Source: a bacterium (GTDB lineage Bacteria; Zhuqueibacterota; QNDG01; DTFT01). From it: a stretch of 58,029 nucleotides of DNA. Under the pieces are notes generated by a model that was not told the origin of the DNA, ran no database searches, and saw only the letters and a program-made list of their open reading frames with translations. Positions 40,017-48,815 of the stretch are shown in pieces. Position 1 is the stretch's first letter; every line of letters begins with the position of its first letter. The stretch spans positions 1 through 58,029 of the forward strand of contig JAUCQC010000170.1 in assembly GCA_030372965.1 (NCBI GenBank), read 5' to 3'. A program made the position numbers and the translations under genes.

Positions 40017-40268
40017 ATGAAAAAGGCGCTCTACGTCATCGGCATCGGACTGCTGGTCGGAGTGGTTGCCCGCATTCTGCTTCCGGGAGTGGATCCCATG
40101 GGGTGGTTCGGCACCCTGATCGTGGGCGTACTGGGATCCCTGCTGGGCGGTTGGATCAGTAAAAAGGTGGGGAAACCGGTCACCCAGGGCAAGCTGGACT
40201 GGAAAAGTTTCGGTTTCATGGTTCTCGGCGCGGTGATTCTGCTCATTGTGATCCGCATGCTCTTTTAG
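40017..40268 (+). CDS. GlsB/YeaQ/YmgE (transglycosylase-associated) membrane protein
   Basis: [37 protein letters not shown]; GAGGAG RBS. Confidence 0.9.
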   Translation: MKKALYVIGIGLLVGVVARILLPGVDPMGWFGTLIVGVLGSLLGGWISKKVGKPVTQGKLDWKSFGFMVLGAVILLIVIRMLF

Positions 40269-40384
40269 TTCCGCATATTGGGTTCCATCCGGTCGGTTAT
40301 CGGGGGATCCGGGTCCGGGAATGCTTTCGCGGATCCGGATCCCCTTTGTTGCGTCCTTCGCGCTTCTCCGTCCGGTCTTATTGT

Positions 40385-40412
40385 TTGACAAACCCGTGAA
40401 AGTCCCTATATT
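40385..40412 (+). promoter_or_regulatory. Putative promoter
   Basis: TTGACA-N16-TATATT. Confidence 0.65.
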
Positions 40413-40442
40413 CATTCTTGCTTTCATCCGAAAGGGGATGTC

Positions 40443-41432
40443 ATGAAGGTTCTGTTCGTCGGCGGGACGGGCGTCATCAGCTCGGCCAGCACGGCCCTGG
40501 CCGCGGAACGCGGCATGCGCCTGACCCTTCTCAACCGGGGTCAGACGAGCCGTCCGGTCCCGGCCGGAGTGGAAACGCTGCAGGCGGACATCCGCAACTC
40601 CGCGTCCGTGGAGGCTGTCCTGTCCGGACGGACTTTCGACGCCGTGGTGGACTGGGTCTGCTTCACGCCCGGGCATGCCGAAACCGACCTGCGGCTGTTC
40701 GCCGGAAGGACCGGACAGTTCGTGTTCATCAGCTCCGCCTCCGCGTACCAGACCCCTCCGTCGCATCTGCCGGTGACGGAATCCACGCCCCTGGTCAATC
40801 CGGTCTGGGCCTATTCGCGGAACAAGATCGCGTGCGAGGAAATTTTCATGAAGGCGCACCGGGACGACCGGTTTCCGGTCACCATCGTGCGGCCTTCCCA
40901 CACCTATGACCGCACTCTCCTGCCCACGCACGGCCGGTACACGGACATCGACCGCATGCGCAGGGGAAAGAAGGTCGTGGTCCACGGGGACGGTTCCTCC
41001 CTTTGGACGCTCACGCATCACGCGGATTTCGCGGTCGGCCTGGTCGGCCTGCTGGGCAACCCGCAGGCCCTGGGCGAGGCGTTCCACATCACCTCGGATG
41101 AATCCCTGACTTGGAACCAGATCGTGGGGATTCTCGGCAGGGCGGCCGGCGCGGAGCCGAAAATCACGCACATTCCTTCGGAACTCATCGCCGCGTACTT
41201 TCCGGACTGGGGCGACAGCCTGCTCGGGGACAAGACGCACAGCATGATTTTCGACAATTCGAAGATCCGCCGGCTGGTTCCGGATTTCAATCCCTCGATT
41301 CCGTTCGCGCGTGGAGCGGAGGAGATACTCGCCTGGTACGACGGGGATCCGAAACGGCGGCAGTCGGACCCGGATTACGAACGGACGCTCGACCGCATGA
41401 TCGCGGCGTACGAAGCGGCTTTTCCGAAATAA
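40443..41432 (+). CDS. NAD-dependent epimerase/dehydratase (extended SDR)
   Basis: VGGTGVIS, FISSASAY, YSRNK, VRPSHTY, HGDGSSLWTLTH. Confidence 0.92.
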   Translation: MKVLFVGGTGVISSASTALAAERGMRLTLLNRGQTSRPVPAGVETLQADIRNSASVEAVLSGRTFDAVVDWVCFTPGHAETDLRLFAGRTGQFVFISSASAYQTPPSHLPVTESTPLVNPVWAYSRNKIACEEIFMKAHRDDRFPVTIVRPSHTYDRTLLPTHGRYTDIDRMRRGKKVVVHGDGSSLWTLTHHADFAVGLVGLLGNPQALGEAFHITSDESLTWNQIVGILGRAAGAEPKITHIPSELIAAYFPDWGDSLLGDKTHSMIFDNSKIRRLVPDFNPSIPFARGAEEILAWYDGDPKRRQSDPDYERTLDRMIAAYEAAFPK

Positions 41433-41436
41433 CCCT

Positions 41437-41512
41437 GTTCCGCGTTCCGGGTTCCGCGTTCCGAGTCATCAAACCCTCTCAACCCGGAACTCGTCACTCC
41501 GAACCCGGAACT
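41437..41512. repeat. Inverted pair of 7-bp tandem arrays
   Basis: (GTTCCGn)x4 at 41437-41466 facing AACCCGG AACTCGT CACTCCG AACCCGG AACT at 41481-41512. Confidence 0.8.
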
Positions 41513-41528
41513 TTTTCAAGGAGGCATT

Positions 41529-42569
41529 GTGAAGCTTGGCATCATCGGCCTGTCGATGTGCGGAAAGAACACGCTGTTCGAGGCGCTGACCAAAACAGCG
41601 TCCCCCGCGGAATCCAGAATGGAGAACCGCATGGCTTCGGTGCGTGTTCCGGACATGCGAATCGACACGCTGAGCGGCATGTACCGGCCGAAGAAAACCA
41701 CCTACGCGGTCATCGATTACTTTCTGCCCGGCCGGGGCGTGTCGCCCGACGAAAAAAACCGCGAGCAGTCCATGTGGAACAAGGTGCGCGATTCAGACGC
41801 GCTGATCCACGTGGTGCGGAATTTCGATGGCGGCGGTTTCGGCCCGCCCGATCCGGCCGCAGACTTCCGCAAGCTCGACGAGGAGCTGATCTTCGCGGAC
41901 CTGGTCGTCGCGGACAAGCGGCTGGAGCGGCTCGACGCGGATCTGAAGAAAAACCGCAAAATCGACGCGGCCGAGCACGGCCTCGTGAAGGAATGCAAGG
42001 CGGTGCTGGATTCGGGACAGCCTCTCCGCAGGCGGCCGGATCTGGCCTCGGCCCCGCTCCTCCGCGGATTCACCTTCCTCTCCGCCAAGCCGGTTCTGGC
42101 GGTTCTGAACTCGGCCGACCAGGGGGACTGCTCGGCCGCGGGTTTCGAGTCCGCGACCGGCGAGCGCGGCCTGATCATACGGGGCAAGGTCGAACGGGAG
42201 CTGATCCAGATGCCCGAGGCGGAGGCGAAGGAATTTCTGGCGGAGTACGGCATCACGGAATCGGCCATGACCGTGGTGATCCGCGAATCCTACGCCCTCC
42301 TGGGCCTCATGTCCTTCTTCACCGTGGGAGAGGACGAGGTGAGGGCCTGGACCATCCGGACCGGCACCAAGGCCGTGGACGCGGCCGAGGCCATCCACTC
42401 GGACATCAAGAAGGGTTTCATCCGCGCCGAAGTCGTTTCGTATGCGGATCTGACGGCCGCCGGTTCGCACGCCGAGGCGAGAAAGAAGGGGCAGGTGCGG
42501 CTGGAGGGCAGGGAGTACGTGATGCAGGACGGGGACATCGTGGAGTTCAGGTTCAATGTGGGGAAATAA
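41529..42569 (+). CDS. ychF: YchF/Ola1-like protein (DUF933/TGS C-terminus) with divergent nucleotide-binding motifs
   Basis: GIIGLSMCGKNTLF, VPDMRID, HVVRNF, FFTVGEDEVRAW, IHSDIKKGFIRAE, YVMQDGDIVEFRFNV; AGGAGG RBS plus GTG. Confidence 0.8.
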   Translation: MKLGIIGLSMCGKNTLFEALTKTASPAESRMENRMASVRVPDMRIDTLSGMYRPKKTTYAVIDYFLPGRGVSPDEKNREQSMWNKVRDSDALIHVVRNFDGGGFGPPDPAADFRKLDEELIFADLVVADKRLERLDADLKKNRKIDAAEHGLVKECKAVLDSGQPLRRRPDLASAPLLRGFTFLSAKPVLAVLNSADQGDCSAAGFESATGERGLIIRGKVERELIQMPEAEAKEFLAEYGITESAMTVVIRESYALLGLMSFFTVGEDEVRAWTIRTGTKAVDAAEAIHSDIKKGFIRAEVVSYADLTAAGSHAEARKKGQVRLEGREYVMQDGDIVEFRFNVGK

Positions 42570-42571
42570 TT

Positions 42572-42820
42572 AGAGTTCAAAGTTTAAAGTTCAAAGTTCA
42601 AAGGTAAAACAAAAAGACGGGGACCTGACTCGAGAAGGTTCCCGTCTTTTATTTTGTGTCATCTGTTTTCATGGTAGGTCCGAAATGCCGACCTCGCAGC
42701 CTTCAAAAAAATAATCTGTTGTTTGGTCCCGCACAGCGGGAAGCGAGGCTTTCGGACATTTCCGCGAAAAAGTCCGATAGCCTCGTCCCACTTTGAACCA
42801 TGGACTTTGAACTTTGAACT
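42572..42820. repeat. Inverted pair of 7-bp (AAGTTCA)n / (TGAACTT)n arrays enclosing hairpins
   Basis: AGAGTTCAAAGTTTAAAGTTCAAAGTTCAAAGG (42572-42604) and ACTTTGAACCATGGACTTTGAACTTTGAACT (42790-42820). Confidence 0.8.
42611..42655. terminator. Probable bidirectional rho-independent terminator
   Basis: AAAAAGACGGGGACCT-loop-AGGTTCCCGTCTTTTATTTT between convergent genes. Confidence 0.75.
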
Positions 42821-42825
42821 GATTC

Positions 42826-43722
42826 TCACCTCGTCAGCCTGATCCTCTCCGTCAGATCCAGCGGCACGGTCGCTTTCCCGAATTCCGGAAGCGACGTCCC
42901 CACGTCAAGGGACCCGGTCAGTCCGCAGTCCAGTGTCCGGTCACCCGACAGCAGGCCGGCCACGGTCTGTCCCATCTGCAGGAAATTCAAAGACACCGGG
43001 ATCCGGATGGTCTGCTTTCCCTTGGCCGAAACGGACGCGGTTTCGGACGCGGTTCCCGCGGCCCACGACAGCCCGTTCACCTTGAAGTCATACGCCAGTT
43101 TCTGAAGGCCGAACGAGAAGACGTTCGGGTTGGAAACGTTCAGGCTGAGCTCCAGGTCCGCGCCGGTCAATCCCGTCTTTTTCACCTTCAGGGACTGGAT
43201 TTTCACGGACGGGGCCTTCACCGCGGGCAGCCGGCCGGAGAAGGAGGCCGGAACCCGCACCGGGCCGAGGACCGGCACGTCGAAGGACAGGCCGCAGTCG
43301 ATTTTGTAGGACGCGCTGTCCCTCGATTTCATCGCAGCGGCCGCGTTGTAGAGGTCGCGGAAAATCAGGGTCACGGGAATCTGAACCACGCTGCTGCCGC
43401 CGCCGGCAATGGTCTGCCGCGAGGCCTGGTTCCCCTTGAACAGCGAATGGGTTTCAACCTGAAGGTCATAGTCGAAGCCGGAAAGCGGGACCGCGACCGG
43501 GTTCGGATTGGCGACCGCCACGTCGAGCACCAGGTCCGCGGCATCGAACGACAGCCCCGACATCCGGACTCCCCTGACCGACAGCGTCGGCGCCTGCAGA
43601 TTGGCCATCTGCTGGAGCGTCGCGCAGGAGCAGGCGAAAAGCGCGGCGAGCATCCCCGCCGCCCCGGCCGCGCGGAGGAACCGGGACAAACGGTTTCCGT
43701 CCGTCCTGAAAGCGGCGGTCAT
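42826..43722 (-). CDS. LEA type 2 (WHy) tandem-domain lipoprotein
   Basis: Lipoprotein signal ALFACS|C; two NPN motifs (VANPNPV, VSNPNVF) each followed by YD. Confidence 0.88.
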   Translation of the reverse strand: MTAAFRTDGNRLSRFLRAAGAAGMLAALFACSCATLQQMANLQAPTLSVRGVRMSGLSFDAADLVLDVAVANPNPVAVPLSGFDYDLQVETHSLFKGNQASRQTIAGGGSSVVQIPVTLIFRDLYNAAAAMKSRDSASYKIDCGLSFDVPVLGPVRVPASFSGRLPAVKAPSVKIQSLKVKKTGLTGADLELSLNVSNPNVFSFGLQKLAYDFKVNGLSWAAGTASETASVSAKGKQTIRIPVSLNFLQMGQTVAGLLSGDRTLDCGLTGSLDVGTSLPEFGKATVPLDLTERIRLTR

Positions 43723-44633
43723 TTCGAAGCCTTCCGCGCCGGATCGGAGGGTTCCATGTCCCTTTTCAGGGGCAGGACGCCGGCCATTTCGCCGATGACG
43801 TTCACCAGTTCAGACCCGGTCGGGACCACGATTTTCGCGTTGGCCTGGAGCGATTTTTCAACGGTTTCCAGGCGGCGGAGCAGTTGGGCGTTCCCCACGA
43901 AATACTTGTTGGCCGACTCGTTGACCAGACGGATGGCCTCGGCCTCGCCTTCGGCCTGGAGAATGCGGGCCTGCCGGATGCCCTCCGCCTGCTTGATGGA
44001 GGCGCGTTTCTGGCCGTCGGCCACTGTTTCCGCGGCGGTCGCGTAGTCCACGGCCGCGATTTTCTCGTTTTCGGCCTTGACGATCTTGTTCATGGTCTCC
44101 TGAACGTCCTTCGGCGGGTCGATCTGCTTCAGCTCGGTGCGGACGATCTCGATGCCCCAGTTCGTGGTCTCGTTCATCAGCACCTTGTGGAGTTCGTCGT
44201 TGATGCGGCCGCGTTCACTGTTCGCGGACTTGAGCGTCAGGGTGCCGATGATGTTGCGAAGCGTGGTCCGGGCGAGGTTCACGATCTGGTAATTGACGTG
44301 GTTGACGTTGTACTGCGAATTCTTGACACTCTCCTCGTCCTGCTTGACCTTGAAATAGACCTGCGCGTCCACCGCGGCGTTCAGGTTGTCGTTGGTGATG
44401 ATTTCCTGCGGTTCGGCGTCGACCATCTGCTCGGTGATGTTCACCCGGTACATCTTGTCGATGACAGGCACGATCCAGTGAAAGCCGGGATTCGCGAAGC
44501 GCCGGTATTTGCCCAGCCGTTCGATCAGGCCCCGGTGCGTGGGCCGCACGATGCGTATGCCGAGCAGGAAGAAGAACGCGAGAAAGAGAACAACGGGCCA
44601 GAACAGCGGGTGCGAAAGAATTGAACCGTTCAT
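43719..44633 (-). CDS. SPFH/band 7 (stomatin/paraslipin-like) protein
   Basis: N-terminal TM, ERLGKY, PGFHWIVP, QEIITNDN, TTLRNIIG, AEGEAEAI. Confidence 0.93.
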   Translation of the reverse strand: MNGSILSHPLFWPVVLFLAFFFLLGIRIVRPTHRGLIERLGKYRRFANPGFHWIVPVIDKMYRVNITEQMVDAEPQEIITNDNLNAAVDAQVYFKVKQDEESVKNSQYNVNHVNYQIVNLARTTLRNIIGTLTLKSANSERGRINDELHKVLMNETTNWGIEIVRTELKQIDPPKDVQETMNKIVKAENEKIAAVDYATAAETVADGQKRASIKQAEGIRQARILQAEGEAEAIRLVNESANKYFVGNAQLLRRLETVEKSLQANAKIVVPTGSELVNVIGEMAGVLPLKRDMEPSDPARKASK

Positions 44634-44673
44634 GGGATCCTCCAGTCGGTGTCGATGGATGCGCAATTAACGG

Positions 44674-44753
44674 AATATAATAAAACCCGCACCATTTTCA
44701 AAGCGGTTCCCCGGGTTTTTCCGCTTGAATTTCAGCCGAGATTGTGTTATTAT
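44674..44753. promoter_or_regulatory. Divergent promoter pair
   Basis: Minus: TTGAAA-N16-TATATT (44701-44674); plus: TTGAAT-N17-TATTAT (44725-44753). Confidence 0.55.
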
Positions 44754-44762
44754 AAGAGCGAG

Positions 44763-45158
44763 ATGAAACCCGAAAGCGCCCATACCATACTCGTCGTGGA
44801 CGACGTGGAACCCATTCTGTACGTGTTCGAGCGGTATCTCCGGACGGAGGGGTACCGGGTCCTGACCGCGATGGACGGTATCGAGGGGCTCGCGAAATGG
44901 GAGGCCTCCAGGCCCGACCTGCTCATCAGCGACATCCGGATGCCGGGCATGGACGGATTCGCGCTGGCCGACGCCGTCCGGAAGCGCAATCCGGGCCAGA
45001 AGATCATCCTCATGTCGGGGTTCACCAGCGACATCGAAGCGCTTGAAAAGCAGAAGTCATACGGATATCCCTTCTTCACCAAACCCGTGGACCTGAACGC
45101 GACTTTGGGGCCCGTCGTCCGGCGGGTGCTCGAAGGTTCGTCGGCCGGGGCCGTATAG
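44763..45158 (+). CDS. Single-domain response regulator (CheY-like receiver)
   Basis: ILVVDD, SDIRMPGMDG, MSG, TKP. Confidence 0.92.
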   Translation: MKPESAHTILVVDDVEPILYVFERYLRTEGYRVLTAMDGIEGLAKWEASRPDLLISDIRMPGMDGFALADAVRKRNPGQKIILMSGFTSDIEALEKQKSYGYPFFTKPVDLNATLGPVVRRVLEGSSAGAV

Positions 45159-45205
45159 GCCGTGACGGGCCGATCATCCCTCCCGGTTGACATCCATCGA
45201 AATGA

Positions 45206-45748
45206 TCACCGTGAAGGGGACGGTTCCGAGAAGACCGCTGCGCGGCAGTCCGTCAGGTTCAGCGTCATCAGGCAGACGTCGTCGGTAATCCCGTCCAGGA
45301 TCCTCGCCCCGATTTTTCTTCCCTCCACGACAAATCCCGCCTTCAGGTAAAGCCGGATCGCGGCCTCATTGGACGCGAACACCTCCAATTCGACGCGGCT
45401 CAGCCCGTTTTCCCGCGCGCGGCGGAGCGCCTCGTTCAGGAGCGCGGTCCCGATGCCGCGGCCCCGGAACGGCGCGGCCACGCCCATGCCGAGCCTTCCG
45501 CAATGACCGAACCCGGGCAGGTCCAGCCGCGTTACATCGCACCATCCCGTCAGTTCATCCCCGCTCTTCGCCACGATCTGAACGTCCTTTCTGCCGATCA
45601 GGCCGGTCACGTACCGGTAGACCTCGGCCAGGGCCGGCGCCTCCGTGAAAGCGAGGTGTCGTCTTTCGCGGCACACGGCGTCCAGCAGTTCCCTGAAGGC
45701 GGGCACGTCCGTTCTGCGGATGGGCCGAATGAGAATGCCGTCGGTCAT
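45206..45748 (-). CDS. GNAT family N-acetyltransferase
   Basis: LGMGV..FRGRGIGTALL, LEVFASNEAAIRLYLKAGF. Confidence 0.92.
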   Translation of the reverse strand: MTDGILIRPIRRTDVPAFRELLDAVCRERRHLAFTEAPALAEVYRYVTGLIGRKDVQIVAKSGDELTGWCDVTRLDLPGFGHCGRLGMGVAAPFRGRGIGTALLNEALRRARENGLSRVELEVFASNEAAIRLYLKAGFVVEGRKIGARILDGITDDVCLMTLNLTDCRAAVFSEPSPSR

Positions 45749-45889
45749 GGGGACTCCCAGTTGTTGTCCGGGGGTTGCGGAAGCGGGGGAAGAGCGCGGG
45801 GATCCAAACGGTCGGGGCCGTCCCCAGGACCGGTCGCTGAACCGGCGGCCTGCGGACGGCCCCTCTCGATCGGAACCGGCCTGAGCCGG

Positions 45890-46825
45890 TCAGAGTTCGT
45901 TCTGCACGGCCTCTTCAAGGGACGCGAGGTCGACGTTCCGGTCCCCCGGGAACTCGAACGGAACCAGCCACCATTCCTCCTCAAACACCGCGGACTGGCC
46001 GGGGTTCAGCGTTTCCATCGGTCCGATGGGCTCGAGTTCGATCATGCTTCCGTCCGCGGGCATCCAGACCGACACGGTCAGGCCCGCGATTTCATTGTAA
46101 TTGCGATCCGGGTAGGTCGCGTAGCTCTTGAGGAACAGCAGGTTCTGCGGCATCAGGCAGGCGAGCCAGCCCTCGGCCGAATCCATGCCGGTTTTCGGAT
46201 GCTTCGGCGGTCCGAGGATCTCCAGGTATCCGTCGCGTTCGCGCACGTTGGGATCGGACGGATTGAACAGGATGGAGTCGTCCGGGCCGTACATCACGTA
46301 CTTTTTCGGGAACCGGCTGTATTCGCCGAGGGGCATGACGACGATGCCGCCGCCCGTCACCAGGGTCCTTCCCCAATGGCAGAGACGGGCCACGGCGGTC
46401 TTCGATTTGTTCATCATGGTCTGGCGGCAGGACAGCCGGGAGGAGTTCTCGTCGAGCTTGAAATCGCGGATGATCTGAATGCCCGTGTCCGGATCCACGA
46501 CGCTCATCATCCGCCCGGTCCGGGGCCCGGTGGCCGCGGACGACCATTCCCCGATCCACAGGCTGGGATGCGGGGGCATGAGTTTCTCAGGCCCGATGTC
46601 GAACCGGCCGCCCCTCGGATGGTACGGCGGCTCGCCCGTCTTCCAGGTCTTTCCGTTCTGCTCCGGGTCCAGATAGATGACGTTCTGCCCGTTCAGGGCG
46701 TATTCCAGGACGCGGCCTCCCGACTGATGCCCGAGAACCACGCGCGCTTCGGCATTTTCGAGAACCAGACAGTCGGTGTAGCCCGCGGATTCGGTCCGGC
46801 GGGTGCCGGGAAATTCTGAGGCCAT
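45890..46825 (-). CDS. DUF4380-like (galactose-mutarotase-like fold) cytoplasmic protein
   Basis: GGRVLEY, GGRFDIGPE, EGWLA, IELEPIGP, EEWWL; resembles the 1000..2583 domain; AGGAG upstream. Confidence 0.6.
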   Translation of the reverse strand: MASEFPGTRRTESAGYTDCLVLENAEARVVLGHQSGGRVLEYALNGQNVIYLDPEQNGKTWKTGEPPYHPRGGRFDIGPEKLMPPHPSLWIGEWSSAATGPRTGRMMSVVDPDTGIQIIRDFKLDENSSRLSCRQTMMNKSKTAVARLCHWGRTLVTGGGIVVMPLGEYSRFPKKYVMYGPDDSILFNPSDPNVRERDGYLEILGPPKHPKTGMDSAEGWLACLMPQNLLFLKSYATYPDRNYNEIAGLTVSVWMPADGSMIELEPIGPMETLNPGQSAVFEEEWWLVPFEFPGDRNVDLASLEEAVQNEL

Positions 46826-46945
46826 GGTGCGTGTGACTCCTATTTTGTATTGAATCGTTTCGTCCACGGGGCGATTGAGGGCGCCCCGGACATCGGTTGA
46901 AGGTTCAGTAGACAGCCCTCTGCAACGTGATCCGTCCGATGCGTT

Positions 46946-48166
46946 TCACGCGGGTGTTCCTTGCAGTATCCGGCCCAGGCGTTCCTCCGCCTCCAGGCAC
47001 ATGCGTCCGGAATGATACGGGCACTTCCATTCCGATATCTTGGGCTCGTTCCCGGCCGGATTCCCGTTCCGGTCCACCCGGTAGACCCAGTCTCCGTAGA
47101 CGCGGTCGACCAGGTGCCGGTCGATGAAGTTCCAGGCCCGGCGGGAAGCCTCGAGGTACCGGCTGTCGCCGGACAGGGCATAGGCGTTGAGAAAGCCCAC
47201 GACCGCCTCTGCCTGCACCCAGAAGTGCTTGTCGGAATCGACGACGCCGGAAGGGTCCGCCTCGTACCAGAGGCTGCCGTCCCGGTCGCGGCCGCGGTCA
47301 TACACCGCTTCGGCCATCCGGATCGCGATGGCGCGAATCTCTCCGGACAGGGCCGGGTCGCCCAGCGTGTCGGCGGCTTCGCACAGCAGCCAGCTCGCCT
47401 CGATGTCGTGACCGAACGAGATCAGGCCGGAACGGGGCTCCCAGGTCTCGTTGAAGAAACAGATCATCCGGTTGTTGTCGCGGTCGATGATCCTGTCCCT
47501 GAAGTTGAGGATGAGCTGCCGCAGCCGGCCGGCCAGAAAACCGTCTTTCCAGACCCGGTAGAGGTTGGCGTACGCCTCCATCAGATGGAGGTGGGTGTTC
47601 ATGGACTTGGCCTCGTTGAGGTCCTTTTCGCTCAGCCGAAGGTCCGCGGCGAGCGTCCAGTCCCGCTCGTACGTCTCGAAATATCCCGTGTTCTCGGCGT
47701 CATACCCGTGCCGCTCAACCAGGCCGAACGCCTCCCGGCCGCGTTCCAGGGCCGCGGCGTTCCCGGTGGTCCGGACATACTCGGCCAGGGCGTAGATGAA
47801 AAATGCCTGGCCGTAGATTTTCTTTTTCGCGTCGAAAGGCGAACCGTCCGGATTGAGCATCCAGAAAGCGCCGCCTCTGTCCGCGTCCCAGAAATGGGTC
47901 ATCAGGACGCCCGCCGCGCGGACGGCCATGTCCAGGAACGCGGGATCCGGATGGGCGCGGTGCGCGGCGGAGAAGGTCCAGAGGATGCGCGCGTTGACGA
48001 TCAGCCCGCGGGGCGCCGCGTCGTCCGGCACGAGGTCGTTCGAAACGCGGCCGCGGAAACCGCCCCGGATTGGATCGGGCGCGTGCCGCATCCAGAACGG
48101 CAGGATGTTGCCGAGCAGTTCCCTGCGGACCGCGTCCCGCATGGAAACCAGCGTCTCATTGTCCAT
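46946..48166 (-). CDS. AGE-family epimerase (cellobiose/mannobiose 2-epimerase)
   Basis: NILPFW, ARILWTFS, YGQAF, KSMNTHLHLMEAY, SFGHDIEASWL, WVQAE, WKCPYH. Confidence 0.92.
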   Translation of the reverse strand: MDNETLVSMRDAVRRELLGNILPFWMRHAPDPIRGGFRGRVSNDLVPDDAAPRGLIVNARILWTFSAAHRAHPDPAFLDMAVRAAGVLMTHFWDADRGGAFWMLNPDGSPFDAKKKIYGQAFFIYALAEYVRTTGNAAALERGREAFGLVERHGYDAENTGYFETYERDWTLAADLRLSEKDLNEAKSMNTHLHLMEAYANLYRVWKDGFLAGRLRQLILNFRDRIIDRDNNRMICFFNETWEPRSGLISFGHDIEASWLLCEAADTLGDPALSGEIRAIAIRMAEAVYDRGRDRDGSLWYEADPSGVVDSDKHFWVQAEAVVGFLNAYALSGDSRYLEASRRAWNFIDRHLVDRVYGDWVYRVDRNGNPAGNEPKISEWKCPYHSGRMCLEAEERLGRILQGTPA

Positions 48167-48696
48167 TCCGGTTTTGCGCCCTTTCCCGCCGGTCATTCAA
48201 GAAAAGTCGGATGCAGGACGGATGCGATCGCCGTGTCGGACGCGTATTCATATGATCGACAGCCGTTGTATTCGGATCATTTTGATAAACAGGGTCATTG
48301 AAGGATGTGTAGCGGAACTTCCGGCTGACGGACGCGGCGCTTTCGCGGGAATGCGTGTACAATTGTCCCGGACAGGGCCACGGGGTTTTGACCGGCGAAT
48401 CCTGCAAGGCGAATAGAATCAATGATATATTCTTGTTTTCCATCCTTCAACAACAAATAGTTGTCCCTATTGGGATTAACTTAGAGAATTCCGCTCACAA
48501 AAGCAACCCTTTTTGTTTAATCCCGACAACCCTGAATCGAAGTATAGAAAGGCGTGAAGCAGTCAAATTGGGCCGATCGAATTGATTTTATGCGGATTGT
48601 GCGACGTATTCCGAAACAAGAGCGCCGAAGAGTCACGAAATCGATTTCGCAGGCGTAACTCCTTTGAAAACCCTGTTTTTCAAGGGAACATTTTCC

Positions 48697-48725
48697 TTGA
48701 CAACGTTTTGACGAATGGGTATATT
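48697..48725 (+). promoter_or_regulatory. sigma70-type promoter of smc
   Basis: TTGACA-N17-TATATT(TG). Confidence 0.75.
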
Positions 48726-48815
48726 TGTAGGATTTTCCGATCGGACCATCTCCATACCCCCTCTCTCACACCCGCAGGGGGATTTTTATTCTCAACAAGG
48801 AATCGGCTGTTCGTC

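Noticed and set aside
48490-48500. lac-operator-like TCCGCTCACAA
   Set aside because: Only an 11-nt half-site with no symmetric partner and no LacI gene nearby; compatible with chance
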